A stretch of DNA of 64,000 nt, taken from NCBI GenBank assembly GCA_964016885.1, contig OZ024753.1:12276001-12340000 (forward strand), in the 5' to 3' direction. The translations under genes and the position numbers were made by a program. The stretch comes from Eledone cirrhosa (taxonomy: Eukaryota). Shown piece after piece: positions 12,565 to 26,025 of this stretch. The notes below the pieces were generated by a model. That model ran no database searches and was not told where the DNA came from. It saw nothing but the letters and a program-made list of their open reading frames with translations. Within the stretch, counting starts at the first letter, position 1. The number at the start of each line of letters is the position of its first letter.

Positions 12565-13145
12565 CGCGGTGGATTGGCAGTATCGGTAGAGGGTCGGACG
12601 CCATTCTTTCTAGCATAGTTACGTCCCTTTACAGTCTGAGTTCAAATCCCGCCGAGGTTAACTTTGCCTTTCATCCTTACGGGGCCGATAAAATAAAGTA
12701 CCAGTAATGTACTGGGTAATTGCTGGCCTTGTGCCTAAAGTAGAAATAATTATTACGGATTGGCGGTGAATTGGCAGTATCGGTAGAGGGTCGGACGCCA
12801 TGCTTTCCAGCATAGAGTTACGGCCCTTGACATTCTGATTTCAAATCCCGCCGAAGTTAACTTTGCCTTTCATCCATACGAGGTCGATCAAATAAAGTAC
12901 CAGTTATACACTGGATTAATTGCTGGCCTTGTGCCTAAAGTAGAAACAATTATTACGGATTGGCAGTATCGGTAGAGGGTCGGACGCCATGCTTTGACTC
13001 ATAGAGTTACGGCTCTTGCCATTCTTAGTTCAAATCCCGCCGAGGTTAACTTTGCCTTTCATCCTTTTGGGGTCGATAAAATAAAGTTCCAGCAATGCAC
13101 TGGGATAATTGCTGGCCTTGTGCCAAAAGTAGAAACAATTATTTT
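12565..13145 (+). mobile_element. Head-to-tail array of 3 SINE family 1 copies
   Basis: Three A-box/B-box/core units. Confidence 0.92.
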
Positions 13146-16093
13146 CAGTGCATACGTGATTAAACATATATATGTGAATATGGAAATCAATCGCAAATAT
13201 GTGCATTGAATTTATTATTTGTGAATATATGTAATTAAGTGAATCTTGTCAAATCTAGTCAATTGTGGAAATATCTCCTTTTACTTATATGACATTTATA
13301 AAACTGTAATCACAGCAGTTTTCCTTCCAAATTATATTAAACGTGAAAGCTTCACTTGTGTATGTAACCAGCATATGATCTTGCCCTACATACGAAACGA
13401 CGTTTTATTGGTGTCTTAATCAAATTCTGTGCAACAGTACATATACTGATTCTATACTAAAATGACATTTTTGAAAGCTAGTATCATTAGTTTCACACAG
13501 ACTGAATATGTTAATATTAACAATTCTAAATTTTGTTGTAATACCAAACTGTTAATCAGAAATGCCCACCCATATTAAAGTAATAAATGTTTCTTCATTC
13601 ATATCATGTTCGGAATAATTACTTGTATTTGGAGAGTAGGTGTTTAACAAGTTATTCAGTTTTACAGTTTCAGAAAACGTTCATACGATTTGTATGTTAA
13701 GTTTAAAAGTTAGCGTCAGCAAGTGCTTTGGGAATATGTATATGAGTATATATATAACCAAAGATTAATATGGTTCATTGATTACTGAATGAATATAGTT
13801 TTACAATAGATTAAAAGCACCCTAAAAAGAAGTTTTCTGGAGTTATTAATATTATTCAAAATATTAATAAATGAAGACATTCACATAATCAAAATATATG
13901 TTTTATTATATATATTTCGAAGGTACTGTGCCGTTTTTTCAGTACGTCCTCATCAGATAAAATACATGAATTGATGTATGACATACCTCAACGGTCTTGG
14001 TGGTTCAATTCCAGTATTGGAATATATATATATATATCGTGTCCACCATTGGAATCGCGGTTGTTACCTGGAATGATGTCTGGCGCTCAAGGCCTTTAAT
14101 ATCAGAACAATATGGTTGAAGGACCTCCAAGCTATGTATTGGAAGTGCAACATCGTCCTCTGAGAAACTTCAGCCGTTTACAATATCTACGTCTGATGCC
14201 TATGTTCGCCGGTGTTGCAATAGTTCGACCTGATACAACACCTTCTGTGTAAATGCCGACACAAGTGTAAATGCAATAAATATCACTAAGATATTTGATC
14301 ATCACGGATGTGAATATTTGTCTCAGACAATTTCTTTTGTGTACAATGTAATCTACCAGTGGTGAGTTATTTGACAAGCGCTTTCTATTTATATTCGTGA
14401 CTCGATATTTAAGCAAACGAAGTATATACTCTATATTATACATTGTCCGATATTGTAAACAGGAAAATTCCGTCAAGCTGTAAATAATTATTTAATTCAC
14501 TTTTGTTTCAATACAGCTTTATTCTATTTGTTCTTAGATATTGATAACATTTCCTTTCTCCCTCTTACTGCCACTATTTTCGTTATTACATCAATCCCGT
14601 TGATCAACATTGCTGAAATATTTCATCTGTGTTTGAATATCTTTCACAATTAGCCTTCTTTGATAATAAGTGCCTATAGAGCAATCTTCGATCGCATTAT
14701 TTCTAAATTGTATTATCTCATTTGCAAATAATGTGTATAATAAATGCTAATTACCAATAGTTGATAACTGGTTCAGTTAGCACAAACTGAAACAAAGCTG
14801 CTTTACAATATATATTAAACCATAAACTGTTCTAGATGAGTAGATATATAACCATATAATAGCAGTTCATAAATCATGTTTGCCTTTATACAGTGGCATC
14901 GTAATAAATTAAATTAAGGGTTTCAATTATGTAGACCAAAAGACGTAGGTATTGAAAATCGGGTTCGAAACTCAGGAGATGTTAGCTCAGCTTTCTTACA
15001 ACCTCATTTCTTTTCCGTTTCGTTTTCTCAAAATGAAACAAATAATCTTCTCACAGTTATTCCAAAAGCGGTCATATAAATGAGGCTTGTAAACAATTTA
15101 AGCAGTTGAATATCAACTTATGCGGGGTAGAATGTTCTGCCTTTTTTTTTTATCAGAACGAGTGTGAAAGTCTGTACAATTTCATTAGCTTTGAGCCAAA
15201 GATTAATTAGATTAAAATTTGTTCACTACTAGAAATCCACCTGAAAATGTCACCATTATCCTTTGATGACCAACTCGTAGTAGGAGCGAACGTAAACGAA
15301 GAGATAATTTTGTTTCAGGCTTCATACAGAAAATTAACACGAATAGAAAAGTGACAAGGAATACAACATTGTTGTCTTAATGACTTTCAAACACGAGATG
15401 TCAACAAGCTACAATCCCAATAATTATCTGACGCTTGCTCGCTATTATGGAAAAAACAAACGAAAACTGTTACATAAAATGTAAAAACAAACGTGTGTCA
15501 CATTGAATTATGTTGACTTCAATTAATCTCTTGAGTACACAGTACACAGCAATTCACTGACCCCAGTCCCTGTTCTTTATATCAAAAGGAACGCAGATCA
15601 TAATTTGTCGAAAACAAGTAATGTTATAAAAATTAATCTGGGACTTGTAGTTTGAATTTGTTCTTATTTCACTACAAATCTACGTTGTTTACACTAAACG
15701 CCATAGTAGAGCTAAAGTCCTTTCGTCAATAAATACAGAAAAACAGCATACGAAAATAACACAGTGGATTTATATTGGAAATTTACCATTGATTCATATA
15801 TTTAGCTGTTATATTTTACCATCTAATTGAAACGATACATATTTTCTTTAAACACACACCCCCCTCCCCCCACACACAAACATTGTTTGTCAAAATTAAA
15901 CAAATGAATTTAATTATCACCGAAACTATTAATTTGTAATCGAATTTAATTTTAGAAGAAAAAAAAGTAATTCATCTTTTTATGGTTATGTTTTTATAAT
16001 TTGTGTTATTTAGTATAAATAGATTTGTATCACGTATGTTGAAACATAAAATATTTAGCTGCTATTTGAAAAATGAGAAACGATAGTGTAAAG

Positions 16094-16385
16094 CAGTCAT
16101 GGGCAACCTGCGGCTCGCAAAGCTTTCTGAATGGCTCGCCTAAGTTACCTAAGTGAAATCTTTCTGATTTGTTTACCCCAACTTTTCAGTCGTGATTTAT
16201 CTTTCCATCATTTTTACGATCGAGATTAACAACGTGTACGAATTCTGAAGAAACAAATCAAAACAATCTGAGTTACCACCCTTTTTTTTTAATGTGGGCA
16301 CGAATGTAAATTAGCGCGTGCGGCCCGCCTGATGATGAGCCGTATCTTATGCGGCCCACTTCTAGAAAAAGGTTACCCATGCCTG
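16094..16385. mobile_element. hAT (Charlie-like) MITE
   Basis: TIRs CAGTCATGGGCAACC / GGTTACCCATGCCTG. Imperfect 8-bp TSD GTGTAAAG/ATATAAAG. Confidence 0.75.
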
Positions 16386-16442
16386 ATATAAAGGTTCCTT
16401 CGCCTGCATAAGTCCTTATATGTTTTCTACTGGTTTCTAGAA

Positions 16443-16715
16443 AGCGTGTAGCTTTGTTGTTAGGTAATTCGGCTCATGACCGTAAGGTCTTCGGTTAGAT
16501 TCCCAGTGGCGCGCTGTGTCCTTGAGCAAGACACTTTATTTCACGTTGCTCCAGTTCAGTCAGCTGGCAAAAATGGTTTGTACCTGTAGTTCGAAAGGTC
16601 AGCTATGTCACATTCTGTGTCACGCCGAATCTCCCCGTTATTTTCACGAGCAGGCTGTTCCGTTGATGGGATCAACTGGAACACTCGTCGTCATCACCGA
16701 CGGAGTGCTTTCCAT
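16443..16715 (+). mobile_element. SINE family 2 (CORE-like)
   Basis: tRNA-like head, then GTGTCCTTGAGCAAGACACTTTATTTCACG. Confidence 0.8.
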
Positions 16716-16832
16716 TCCACTGGTTTCTATAAAAAGAGGAATTATATTACAATGGATTCAGTAATAAGACTTTTAGTTTGTGAAAGTACTGCCATGTATT
16801 ATTGAAAATCACTATGTCCACTTTTGCTAATA

Positions 16833-17150
16833 CAGTTGTCCCCCGGTATTTGCGAGGGTTACGTTCCTAGAGCACCCGCGAAAAATGAAAGCCCGCAAAT
16901 ATTGCACATGGTCCATAAAAATGCCTATAAACATCAAAACATAACGTAAAATATAGCCCGGCAAATACGGTATATTAATAATTTAGCGTTAAAAAGCGTG
17001 AAAAAATATATATTGCCACGAAAAAAGCTATAATAAAATCGCGGAATATATTTACGATTCCGCGATTATGCGGTGGTTTCCACAAAACAATTATTAGTTA
17101 TGTTCTAAGGAAAATGTCGTGAATAACCGGCAAATGCCAGGGGTATATTG
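16833..17150 (+). mobile_element. Tc1/pogo (Tigger-like) MITE
   Basis: TA|CAGTTGTCCCCCGG...GGGTATATTG|TA. An inverted homologue lies at 22066-22421. Confidence 0.7.
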
Positions 17151-17385
17151 TACTGGGGCATTCAAAGTAATCTCGAAATGACTATGTTGCCCTCAGCTAT
17201 CAATAGGCACGCTGAGAGAGTCTGTTGAACTAGAAACGGAACCTTATAGTGTTAAATGAACTCTCTGTGGTTAATTGAATGAAATTGATTCAAACGTGAG
17301 TTGGCAACATTCTAGTTAATAGGTTTACAATCCCTCACTATTAAATAGCAAATATTATTTTATCGCATTGAAAAATCATCATTAA

Positions 17386-17703
17386 GGCCCCACTTGGTCA
17401 CGAATGACCATGGTTTTGTACTTAGAAAGTTTCCCTCCGAGGCACAAGTCCAGGAAAGGTTGTTTGTGGAAGACCATCAGTCTCCCATAGCATACCAGTC
17501 CCCTCACTACACGGCACCAATGTTGTCCAATAGAGCTTCGCACCAGTGACATCGCAACTCATTTCTACAGCCGAGTAAACTGGAGCGACATGAAATAAAG
17601 TATCTTGTTCAAGGACACAATACATCACCCGGTCCGAGTATCGAATTCACAACCTCTCAATTGCAAGCCCCAATGCTCTAACCACTAAGCCATGCGCCTT
17701 CAC
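17386..17703 (-). mobile_element. SINE family 2 (CORE-like), near full length
   Basis: The minus strand starts GTGAAGGCGCATGGCTTAGTGGTTAG and contains GTGTCCTTGAACAAGATAC. Confidence 0.85.
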
Positions 17704-18004
17704 TCGTGAAGAATGATGACGCCACAAATTCTGTAGAGAACACGCTAATCCAATGAATGGAATCCCACGTTAACGTATAAAATTATTAGGTTTTGTATCA
17801 CACAGGAGAATGTCTCCACAAAACTGTCGTGTGGACTTCAGTTTGGAAGATCTAAATCTTCTCCTCAATATCTATTTCCTGTAGATGGTAGACGCATGTG
17901 TGAATACATGATAGCATAGATATATTTCTGTGCGTGTGTTGTGACTGCAGCAATGCAGGCTTTTACAGATAGACATGTTGTATGAAAACCAATGCATTTC
18001 AACC

Positions 18005-18856
18005 GGTGTATTATTAGAGCATTGGGCTAGCAATTGTGAGGTGCTGAGTTCGAATCTCGGACCGGGTGATGCGTTGTGTCCTTGAGCAAGACACTTTATT
18101 TCACGTTACTCCCGTTTACTCAGCTGTAGAAATGAGTTGCGATGTCACTGGTGCGAAGCTGTATCGGTCATTGCCTTTCCCTTGGACATCATCATATATA
18201 GTGTATATATAATATATATATTGTGTATATATTTATATATAGTGTATATATAATGTATATATAATGTATATATAGTGTATATATACTGTATATATACTGT
18301 ATATATTGTGTATATATAATGTATATATATAGTATATATAGTGTATATATAATGTATATATATATATAGTATATATAATGTATATATAGTATATATAATG
18401 TATATATATAGTATATATAATGTATATATATAGTATATATAATGTATGTATAGTGTCTATATAATGTATGTATAGTGTCTATATAATGTATGTATAGTGT
18501 CTATATAATGTATGTATAGTGTATATATAATGTATATATAGTGTCTATATAATGTATATATATAATGTATATATAGTGTATATATAATGTATATATAGTG
18601 TATATATAATGTATATATAGTGTATATACAATGTATATATAGTGTATATGCAGTGTATATATGAGCTGTGATGTCACTGGTGCCAAGCTGTATCGGTCAT
18701 TGCCTTTCTCTTGGATAACATCGGTGGCGTGGAGAGGAGAGACTGGTATACATGGGCGACTGCTGGTCTTCTACAAAACAAACCTTACCCAGGCTTGTGA
18801 CTCGGAGGAGAACTTTCTAGGTGCAAAACCATGGTAATTGGTGACCGAGTGGGGCC
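18005..18856 (+). mobile_element. SINE family 2 split by a ~470-bp TA/TG microsatellite (18192-18660)
   Basis: The 5' part (18005-18190) and 3' part (18661-18856) are homologous to 17386-17703. Confidence 0.8.
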
Positions 18857-18904
18857 ATAGATTACTTCACATATTACCGGAACGTTTCTGGCACACTGCT
18901 TATT

Positions 18905-19415
18905 GGGACAAATCGTCAGTTGATTAAATCTACCCCAGGCACTTTACTGTTTTAGCTTTGTATTGATACCAGTTTCGGCTTTACGCACAGGGCCAGCAAT
19001 TTTGCAGGCAAGTCAATTAATTTGAGCTCAGTGTATTATTGTTACTTTGATTTACCAACTTATTAAGGATGACAGGCTAAACTAACTTCAGCGGGATTTG
19101 AACTCAGATCGTAAGAGGCCATAGCTGTGTACTGTAAAGCCTGTGTGCTGCCAATACTCACTGATAATAAGGATTTCTACTACTGACACAATGCCAGCAA
19201 GTTTGGGGAGGCGAAGCTCCATTAAATCGACGCCAGTGCGTGGTACCTTATTTTATCGACCCCAGAGCGTGACTGTTACTTTATATTATCGACCCCATAA
19301 GGGTGAAAGGCAAAGCTAACCTCTGCGGGATTCGATCTCAGAAGGTAAAGAACCGTAACACTATGCCACGAAGCAAGGTGTCCGTCGCCCTACCGATACT
19401 GTCAATCCACCAACC
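18905..19415 (-). mobile_element. Diverged SINE family 1 copies (2-3)
   Basis: Reverse B-boxes GGGATTTGAACTC and GGGATTCGATCTC, plus core remnants. Confidence 0.75.
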
Positions 19416-21049
19416 TTATCTTTGTATTGATAATGGAATGACGAAAATCAAAGTTAAGCTTTCACAATGTTGCTGATTTAATCCACTGAGATCCAATCGA
19501 TTTTTAAAATATTAAATTGAAAATTATGTCAGGTCACTCTTGAGTGCTACTGGTAGCATTTAACCCACTACAACCTGTCGCATGGTCGGGTCTCCGGAGA
19601 CTAAACCGGCACCCCACCAAGTTTGCTTCGTGAGGAGGGTGATTTTAGACATCCTGCAGGACAAAAAACGAAACCTGACAAAGGGCGGAAGAACTCATAA
19701 GAGTCAACGGCCATCTTAAAAAAACAAATCATATCAAATCAATGGGTGGCAATAGTACCAGCTGCACGCATCGAAAGACTGGTGTAGTATTCTGAGAACA
19801 ATGTGGCACTGCAGATGATCAATGCAAATTGGCAATGGATAGGCGCTCCCGCTCGAGTTAGAAGAGAACTATTGACCTTCAAGAGAAGCAACGATCTCTG
19901 ATTGTATTCAGAAACCGAAACAAATATGAAGTACACCAAATCCAATGCTCCTAGGGGCGACCCTGGTTCTTCTTATTTGTGAGTGTAAACTCGGCCAGAT
20001 TAAATTGGATTAGATAAATTAACAAAGGAATTATAATTGCAAAAGGTAGGCGATTGACAATTTCTTTAGAAAGAATTCGGACACAAATCGTGGGCTGAAA
20101 TATGTAGAGTTTACTAAATACTGAAGGCCTTCAACACTTTCCACTTTTAAAGATTCTTTTTTCTCTTTAGAAAGAAAAAAATCATTCACATAAACTAAAG
20201 TCCAATCACCCTCCCCCTCCTCTCTCTTCTGCGACACCAGAGCTTGACTGTGTATATCTGCCACATGAAAGACAAAGTGGTTAATTGACTGATTAACTAA
20301 TTAATGGATAATAAACACAACCACAAGGATATGGTCCAAACGTGGAAGAACCGAACTCCCACTGTCATCGCTTCCATCTTTCTCGCCCTTCCCATCTCTC
20401 TGTATAGTGAGCAAATGGGGTCCCACGTCCTGGCGTCCCCACAGCTCTGGCGGACAGGGTGGAGAAGGCGTTTCCCCGGAGGATGGTAAGGGAGATGCGC
20501 TGCGAAAAACACTACAGATATTTAAAGACGGAAAAGGAAAGGAAAGAAAAGGGCTCTAGGATCACAAAAGAATGGGAGGGTGAGGGCGATGGGCTCTGGA
20601 CCTAGGGTGCAGCGGTGTTAGGGCGCACCCCGCGCCCAAGACCGCAAAAGTATTTCTGTGGACAATGGCCAGCGACACTTTTAAAGATTATTAGCGAATT
20701 CATATTTGAGCCACGTCATTGAAATAATATTAGATTATTTTCTTAAATTAAATTTTATTTATCCATATTTTTTGCTTCTTTTTACGTATTCTTTACTAGT
20801 TTTTAATATTGAACAACACAATGAAATATTAAAACAAATCGATATAAATTTCTTTTTTCTTTTATGTTTCCTTTCCAAGAGAAATCCAATTAAAATCAGT
20901 ATTCATCGATAATTGAATTTATTTAATTTTAATTTATAAAGTAACATCAAAAAACAACTTTCTGACTTTTACTCTAATGCCAACAAATATTTTTCTACGA
21001 TTTCAATTTGTTACTAGAGAATACTTTTTCCGCGATCTCTATCTTGTGA

Positions 21050-21700
21050 CACTAAACTCCACCAGTGGCAGACTGCGCATTAACATGTGATATCTCTTTC
21101 TACAAAGTTCGATAACCAGCAGCAGAGTTCAAAGATCAAGTCCAGTCCATAAGTTGACATTGGTCAAGCCATCGTTTTGGTTGCCGGCCTCTGCTTCTCT
21201 TACAAGCCAACCTTCCTTCCAGGAATATATAATTGTTTCTACTTTAGGAACAAGGCCAGCAATTACCCAGTGCATTACTGGTACTTTATTTTATCGACCC
21301 CGTAAGGATGAAAGGCAAAGTCAACATCGGCAGGATTTGAACTCAGATCGTAAAGGGACGTAATACCTTTCGATCAGCAACAGCAGAGTTTAAAGAGCAA
21401 AGATCAAGTCCAGTCCATAAGTTGACATTATCAAGCCATCGTTTTGGCTGCCGGCTTCTGCTTCTCTTACCAGCCAACCTTCCTTCCAGACATAACCTAC
21501 TCACACCTCGAGTTGATATTTTTATATGACCGTAAAGTTTGAGTACTTTTGACTTAACAATTGATGTAATTGGTCTAAGTCTGGTAATATTGAGCAGCTC
21601 ACTGATACAGATACGGTCGCTGAGCCAGTCATATTTCTCGTGATGTGGTTTTGGAATGTAGAGAGCTTCTGAAGTGACCTTGTCGTCTAATTAACACAGT
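21050..21700 (-). mobile_element. RTE-clade LINE 3' fragment, interrupted by a truncated SINE (21230-21363) and a ~110-bp duplication
   Basis: The minus translation ...IVKSKVLKLYGHIK...LEGRLAGKRSRSRQPKRWLDNV matches the RTE C-terminal GH...GKRxRGRPxxRW pattern. Confidence 0.7.
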
Positions 21701-22065
21701 CAATACCATATAACACAACTGCGATCTAACTGCTTCAATAATTTAAAAACATTCACATATAATTTCTCCCTTGATTGTGGAAAATTCGAGTATGCATGTA
21801 TGTGTTTAGGAAAACAATTAAAAGCATCGTCCTTTATTCAATGATGTGTCTTGTCCACACAACTGATTTTACAAGTCACACATTATATAATGTTAAGGAA
21901 AATCTCTTTTATATTTTCATTGGTGTTCAGTTTTCTACCATAAATAACGATTTCGTTAAATATTATATTGAATTCAACATTGTGTAGCTTTGTCAATGCC
22001 TTCTAAATAGCACAATAAACGTTGTATTAATCTGTTGTACAATTATGCTGGTAATACACAAAACA

Positions 22066-22421
22066 CAGTGTACTCTCGCCATTCGCGGTTATTCGCGTAA
22101 TTTCCCATAGAATCTAACTAATAATTGTTCGTGGAAACCACCGCATATTCGTGGAATCGTAAATATGTTCCGCGATATTTTTATGGCTGTTTTCGTGGCA
22201 ATATATATATATTTTAATGACAATATACCGTATATACCGTATTTGCCTGCCTATTGGACATCACTATGTATAAGACGCTCCCTCTTTTTTTTAAAATTAT
22301 ATTTTACGTTATATTTTCACGTTTATAGGTATTTGTATCGACCACGTCCAATATTCGCGGTTATTCACTATTCGTGGGTGTTCTAAGATTGCAATCCCCA
22401 CGAATACCGGGGGGACAACTA
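22066..22421 (-). mobile_element. Tigger-like MITE, second copy
   Basis: Reverse complement of 16833-17150. Confidence 0.7.
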
Positions 22422-22577
22422 TACTAAAAAAGTAACACCCCTTTTTTTGTTTAACTTATTGAACGAAAGTATTGTGTGCATCTCATCCTACATCGTATTT
22501 GGCAGTAGTTTTGCAAAGGTTTTATTGTACGAATGATCTGAACCTGTTGGTAAATTAAAATGAAAATATATTTGATA

Positions 22578-23023
22578 TTATAGAGAGGGTGCTCTTCCCT
22601 GGTGCCCTAGAAGCGCAGGTGGGTTCAGGATTGGTGGGTTACCTGAGTCACCCTGAGTCGTCCACACTCCTATAGGGGAATTTATTTTGTTATATTTATG
22701 CATAGATTATTTTATATTTTTATATCTTTATTGTTAAATTAGTCCTGCCATTGTGCACTTTTACTCGACCTTATTGAAAACCCCACTGTCCCTGTCTTTG
22801 TATTGTACACTACATGTCGGCTCTTGTGGCCAATAAATGAAATCATTTGGCAGTATCGGTAGAGGGTCGGACGCCATGGAGTTACGGCCCTTTTCATTCT
22901 GAGTTCAAATCCCGCCGACGTTAACTTTGTCTTTCATCCTTACGAGGTCGATAAAATAAAGTACCAGTAATTTACTGGGATAATTGCTGGCCTTGTGCCA
23001 AAAGTACAAACAATTATTATTAC

Positions 23024-23066
<43 letters not shown>

Positions 23067-24372
23067 GTGTTATGGCCCTTTACGTTCTCAGTTCAAATCC
23101 CGCCGAGGTTAGCTTTGCCATTCATCCTTATGATGTCGATAAAATAAAGTACCAGTAATGTACTGGGGTCGATTTAATCGACCTTCCCGTCACCCCAGAT
23201 TACTAGCCTTGTGCCTATATCAGAAACAATTATTAGTATTGTTGGGTTCCTAACGTCACCCCTGGACAGTATCCCATCACCCTTTTGGGGATTTCTGTTA
23301 TTTTTTTGTTAATTGTTTTGTTAAATTTTTTTTACTCGGTATTATTGTAAACACCAACTGTCCGCATCTTTGCATTGTCCTCTATTTTCGGTCCTTGTGG
23401 CCAAGAATAAAGACATTCTTTTTTTAAAAATTATTATTATTCAAATTCCACATGGAGAGAGAAGTGCTGCCCTCCATACCAATGTGGATGAATGTGGCGA
23501 GAATGGCTCGTGTGAGTCGGCCTACTCTGACCATGCGCCTATAGGCTGGTTAATTTGAGGAGGAGAGGGGTGTCCCCCGCCCCGGGCGCTCTAGAAGCAT
23601 CGGGTGGTTCAGAATTGGTGGCGTACCCGAGTCGTCCCTGGGTCACCCCCCCTCCTACTAGGGTATTTATTTTATGTTTATGCAAAGTTTATTTTACATT
23701 TTCATTGTTAAATTGGTTTTGCAATTGTACACATTTACTCGAGTTTATTGTAAACGCCCCACTGTCCCTTTCTTTGTATTGTCATCTATGTTCGGTCCTT
23801 GTGGCTAATAATAAAAAAAGGGTGGTGGGTTAGCAGAATCGGTAGAGTGTCAGACACCATGCTTTACAGCTTAGAGTCGCGTCCCTTTACGATCTGAGTC
23901 CAAATGCCGTCGAGGATAACTTTGTCTTTCATCCTTACGGGGTCGATAAAATAAAGTACCAGTCACGCACTGAGGCCGATTTAATCGACTTTCCTTTCCC
24001 CCAAAATGACTGGCCTTGTGCCTATATAGGAAATCATTATTAAAATAATACTGGCGGTGGATTGGCAGAATCGGTAGAGGGTCGGACGCCATGCTTTCCA
24101 GCATAGTTACGTCCCTTTACGATCTGAGTTCAAATCCCGCCGAGGTTGACTTTGCTTTTCATCCTTACGGGGTCGATAAAATAAAGTACCAGTAATGCAT
24201 TGGATTAATTGCTGGCCTTGTGCCTAAAGTAGAAACAATTATTAAAATAATACTGGTTCAAATCCCGCCGAGGTTGACTTTGCCTTTCATCCTTACGGGG
24301 TCGATAAAATAAAGTACCAGTAATGCACTGGATTAATTGCTGGCCTTGTGCCTAAAGTAGAAACAATTATTA
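22578..24372 (+). mobile_element. Mosaic of three LINE 3' ends (22578-22845, 23245-23415, 23450-23820; probably L1/Tx1-like) alternating with five SINE family 1 copies
   Basis: Shared 3'UTR CACTGTCCC...GGTCCTTGTGGC..AATAAA. The third copy keeps an ORF end EREVLPS..WMNVARMARVSRPTLTMRL*. Confidence 0.7.
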
Positions 24373-24658
24373 AAATAATACTGATTATAATATAATGACT
24401 ATTATAGGATTTCTTGCTTTTATTGTTATTTTTCTTTTAGTTGTTTCTCACGTCACTGAATTTTAATACTATAACATCGTTGGAAAACTTTTTTATAGCA
24501 ATAGTTTTGATTCATATCGATTCCTATTATATCGACAACACATTAGACCAGTATAATGTTATATTGATTTTTTTTTTCTTTTTGTGTACGGGGAGCTACC
24601 ATTAAAATTCTAATTCGGGTGTATAATAAAAAGTGAATATCTATTCAGTGTCGCATAA

Positions 24659-24662
<4 letters not shown>

Positions 24663-24745
<83 letters not shown>

Positions 24746-25076
24746 GCCTATATATATGTATGTATGTGTGAGTGTATGTTTAACTATAAGTTTATATCTA
24801 TAAGTTTATATGTATATAACAAAATATACTCAAGCATTATCAGTCAATACACCCATTTAATATACATACACTCAAATATAAATATGTATTCTACATACAT
24901 ATACATACACATATATATGTGCACGCTTGTGTATATGTGTGCGTCTGTGTCTTATATGTATATAAATGTATATATATATGTATATAAATGTATATATATG
25001 TGTATATATATATGTATATATATATGTGTGTGTGTATATATACAAATATATACGTGAGTATATATTTATATATATA

Positions 25077-25133
<57 letters not shown>

Positions 25134-25990
25134 ATATATGTATGTCAATATATGTACATATCTATATGTGTGGATATATATATATATGTGTATATGTATA
25201 TACATGTATATATATATATGTGTATGTCTATATATGTATATATGTGTGTGTATATATGTATATATATGTGCATATATGTATATATATGTGAATATATGTA
25301 TATATATGTGTGTGTGTATATGTATATATGTGCATATATGTAGGTATATATGTATATATATATATATCTATATATATGTGTGTATATGTATATATATGTG
25401 CATATGTATATATATGTGCATATATGTATATATATGTGCGTATATGCATATATATGTATATATATGTGCATATATGTATATATATGTGCATATATGTATA
25501 TATATGTACATATATGTATATATATGTGCATATATGTGCATATATGTATATATATGTGCATGTATGTGTATATATGTATATATGTGCGTATATGTATATA
25601 TGTGCGTATATGTATATATGTGCGTATATATATGTGCGTATATGTATATATATATGTGCGTATATGTATATAAATGTGCTTATATGTATATATATATGTG
25701 CGTATATGTATATATATGTGCATATATGTGCATGTATGTATATATATATGTGCATGTATGTATATATATGTGCATGTATGTATAGATATATGTGTATGTA
25801 TGTATAGATATATGTGTACATATGTATATATATATGTGTACATATGTATATATATATGTGTACATATGTATATATATATGAGTATATATGTATATATATA
25901 TATGTATATATATGTATATATATATATGTGTATATATGAATATATATGTATATATATGTATATATATATACATATATATACATATATATG

Positions 25991-26025
<35 letters not shown>

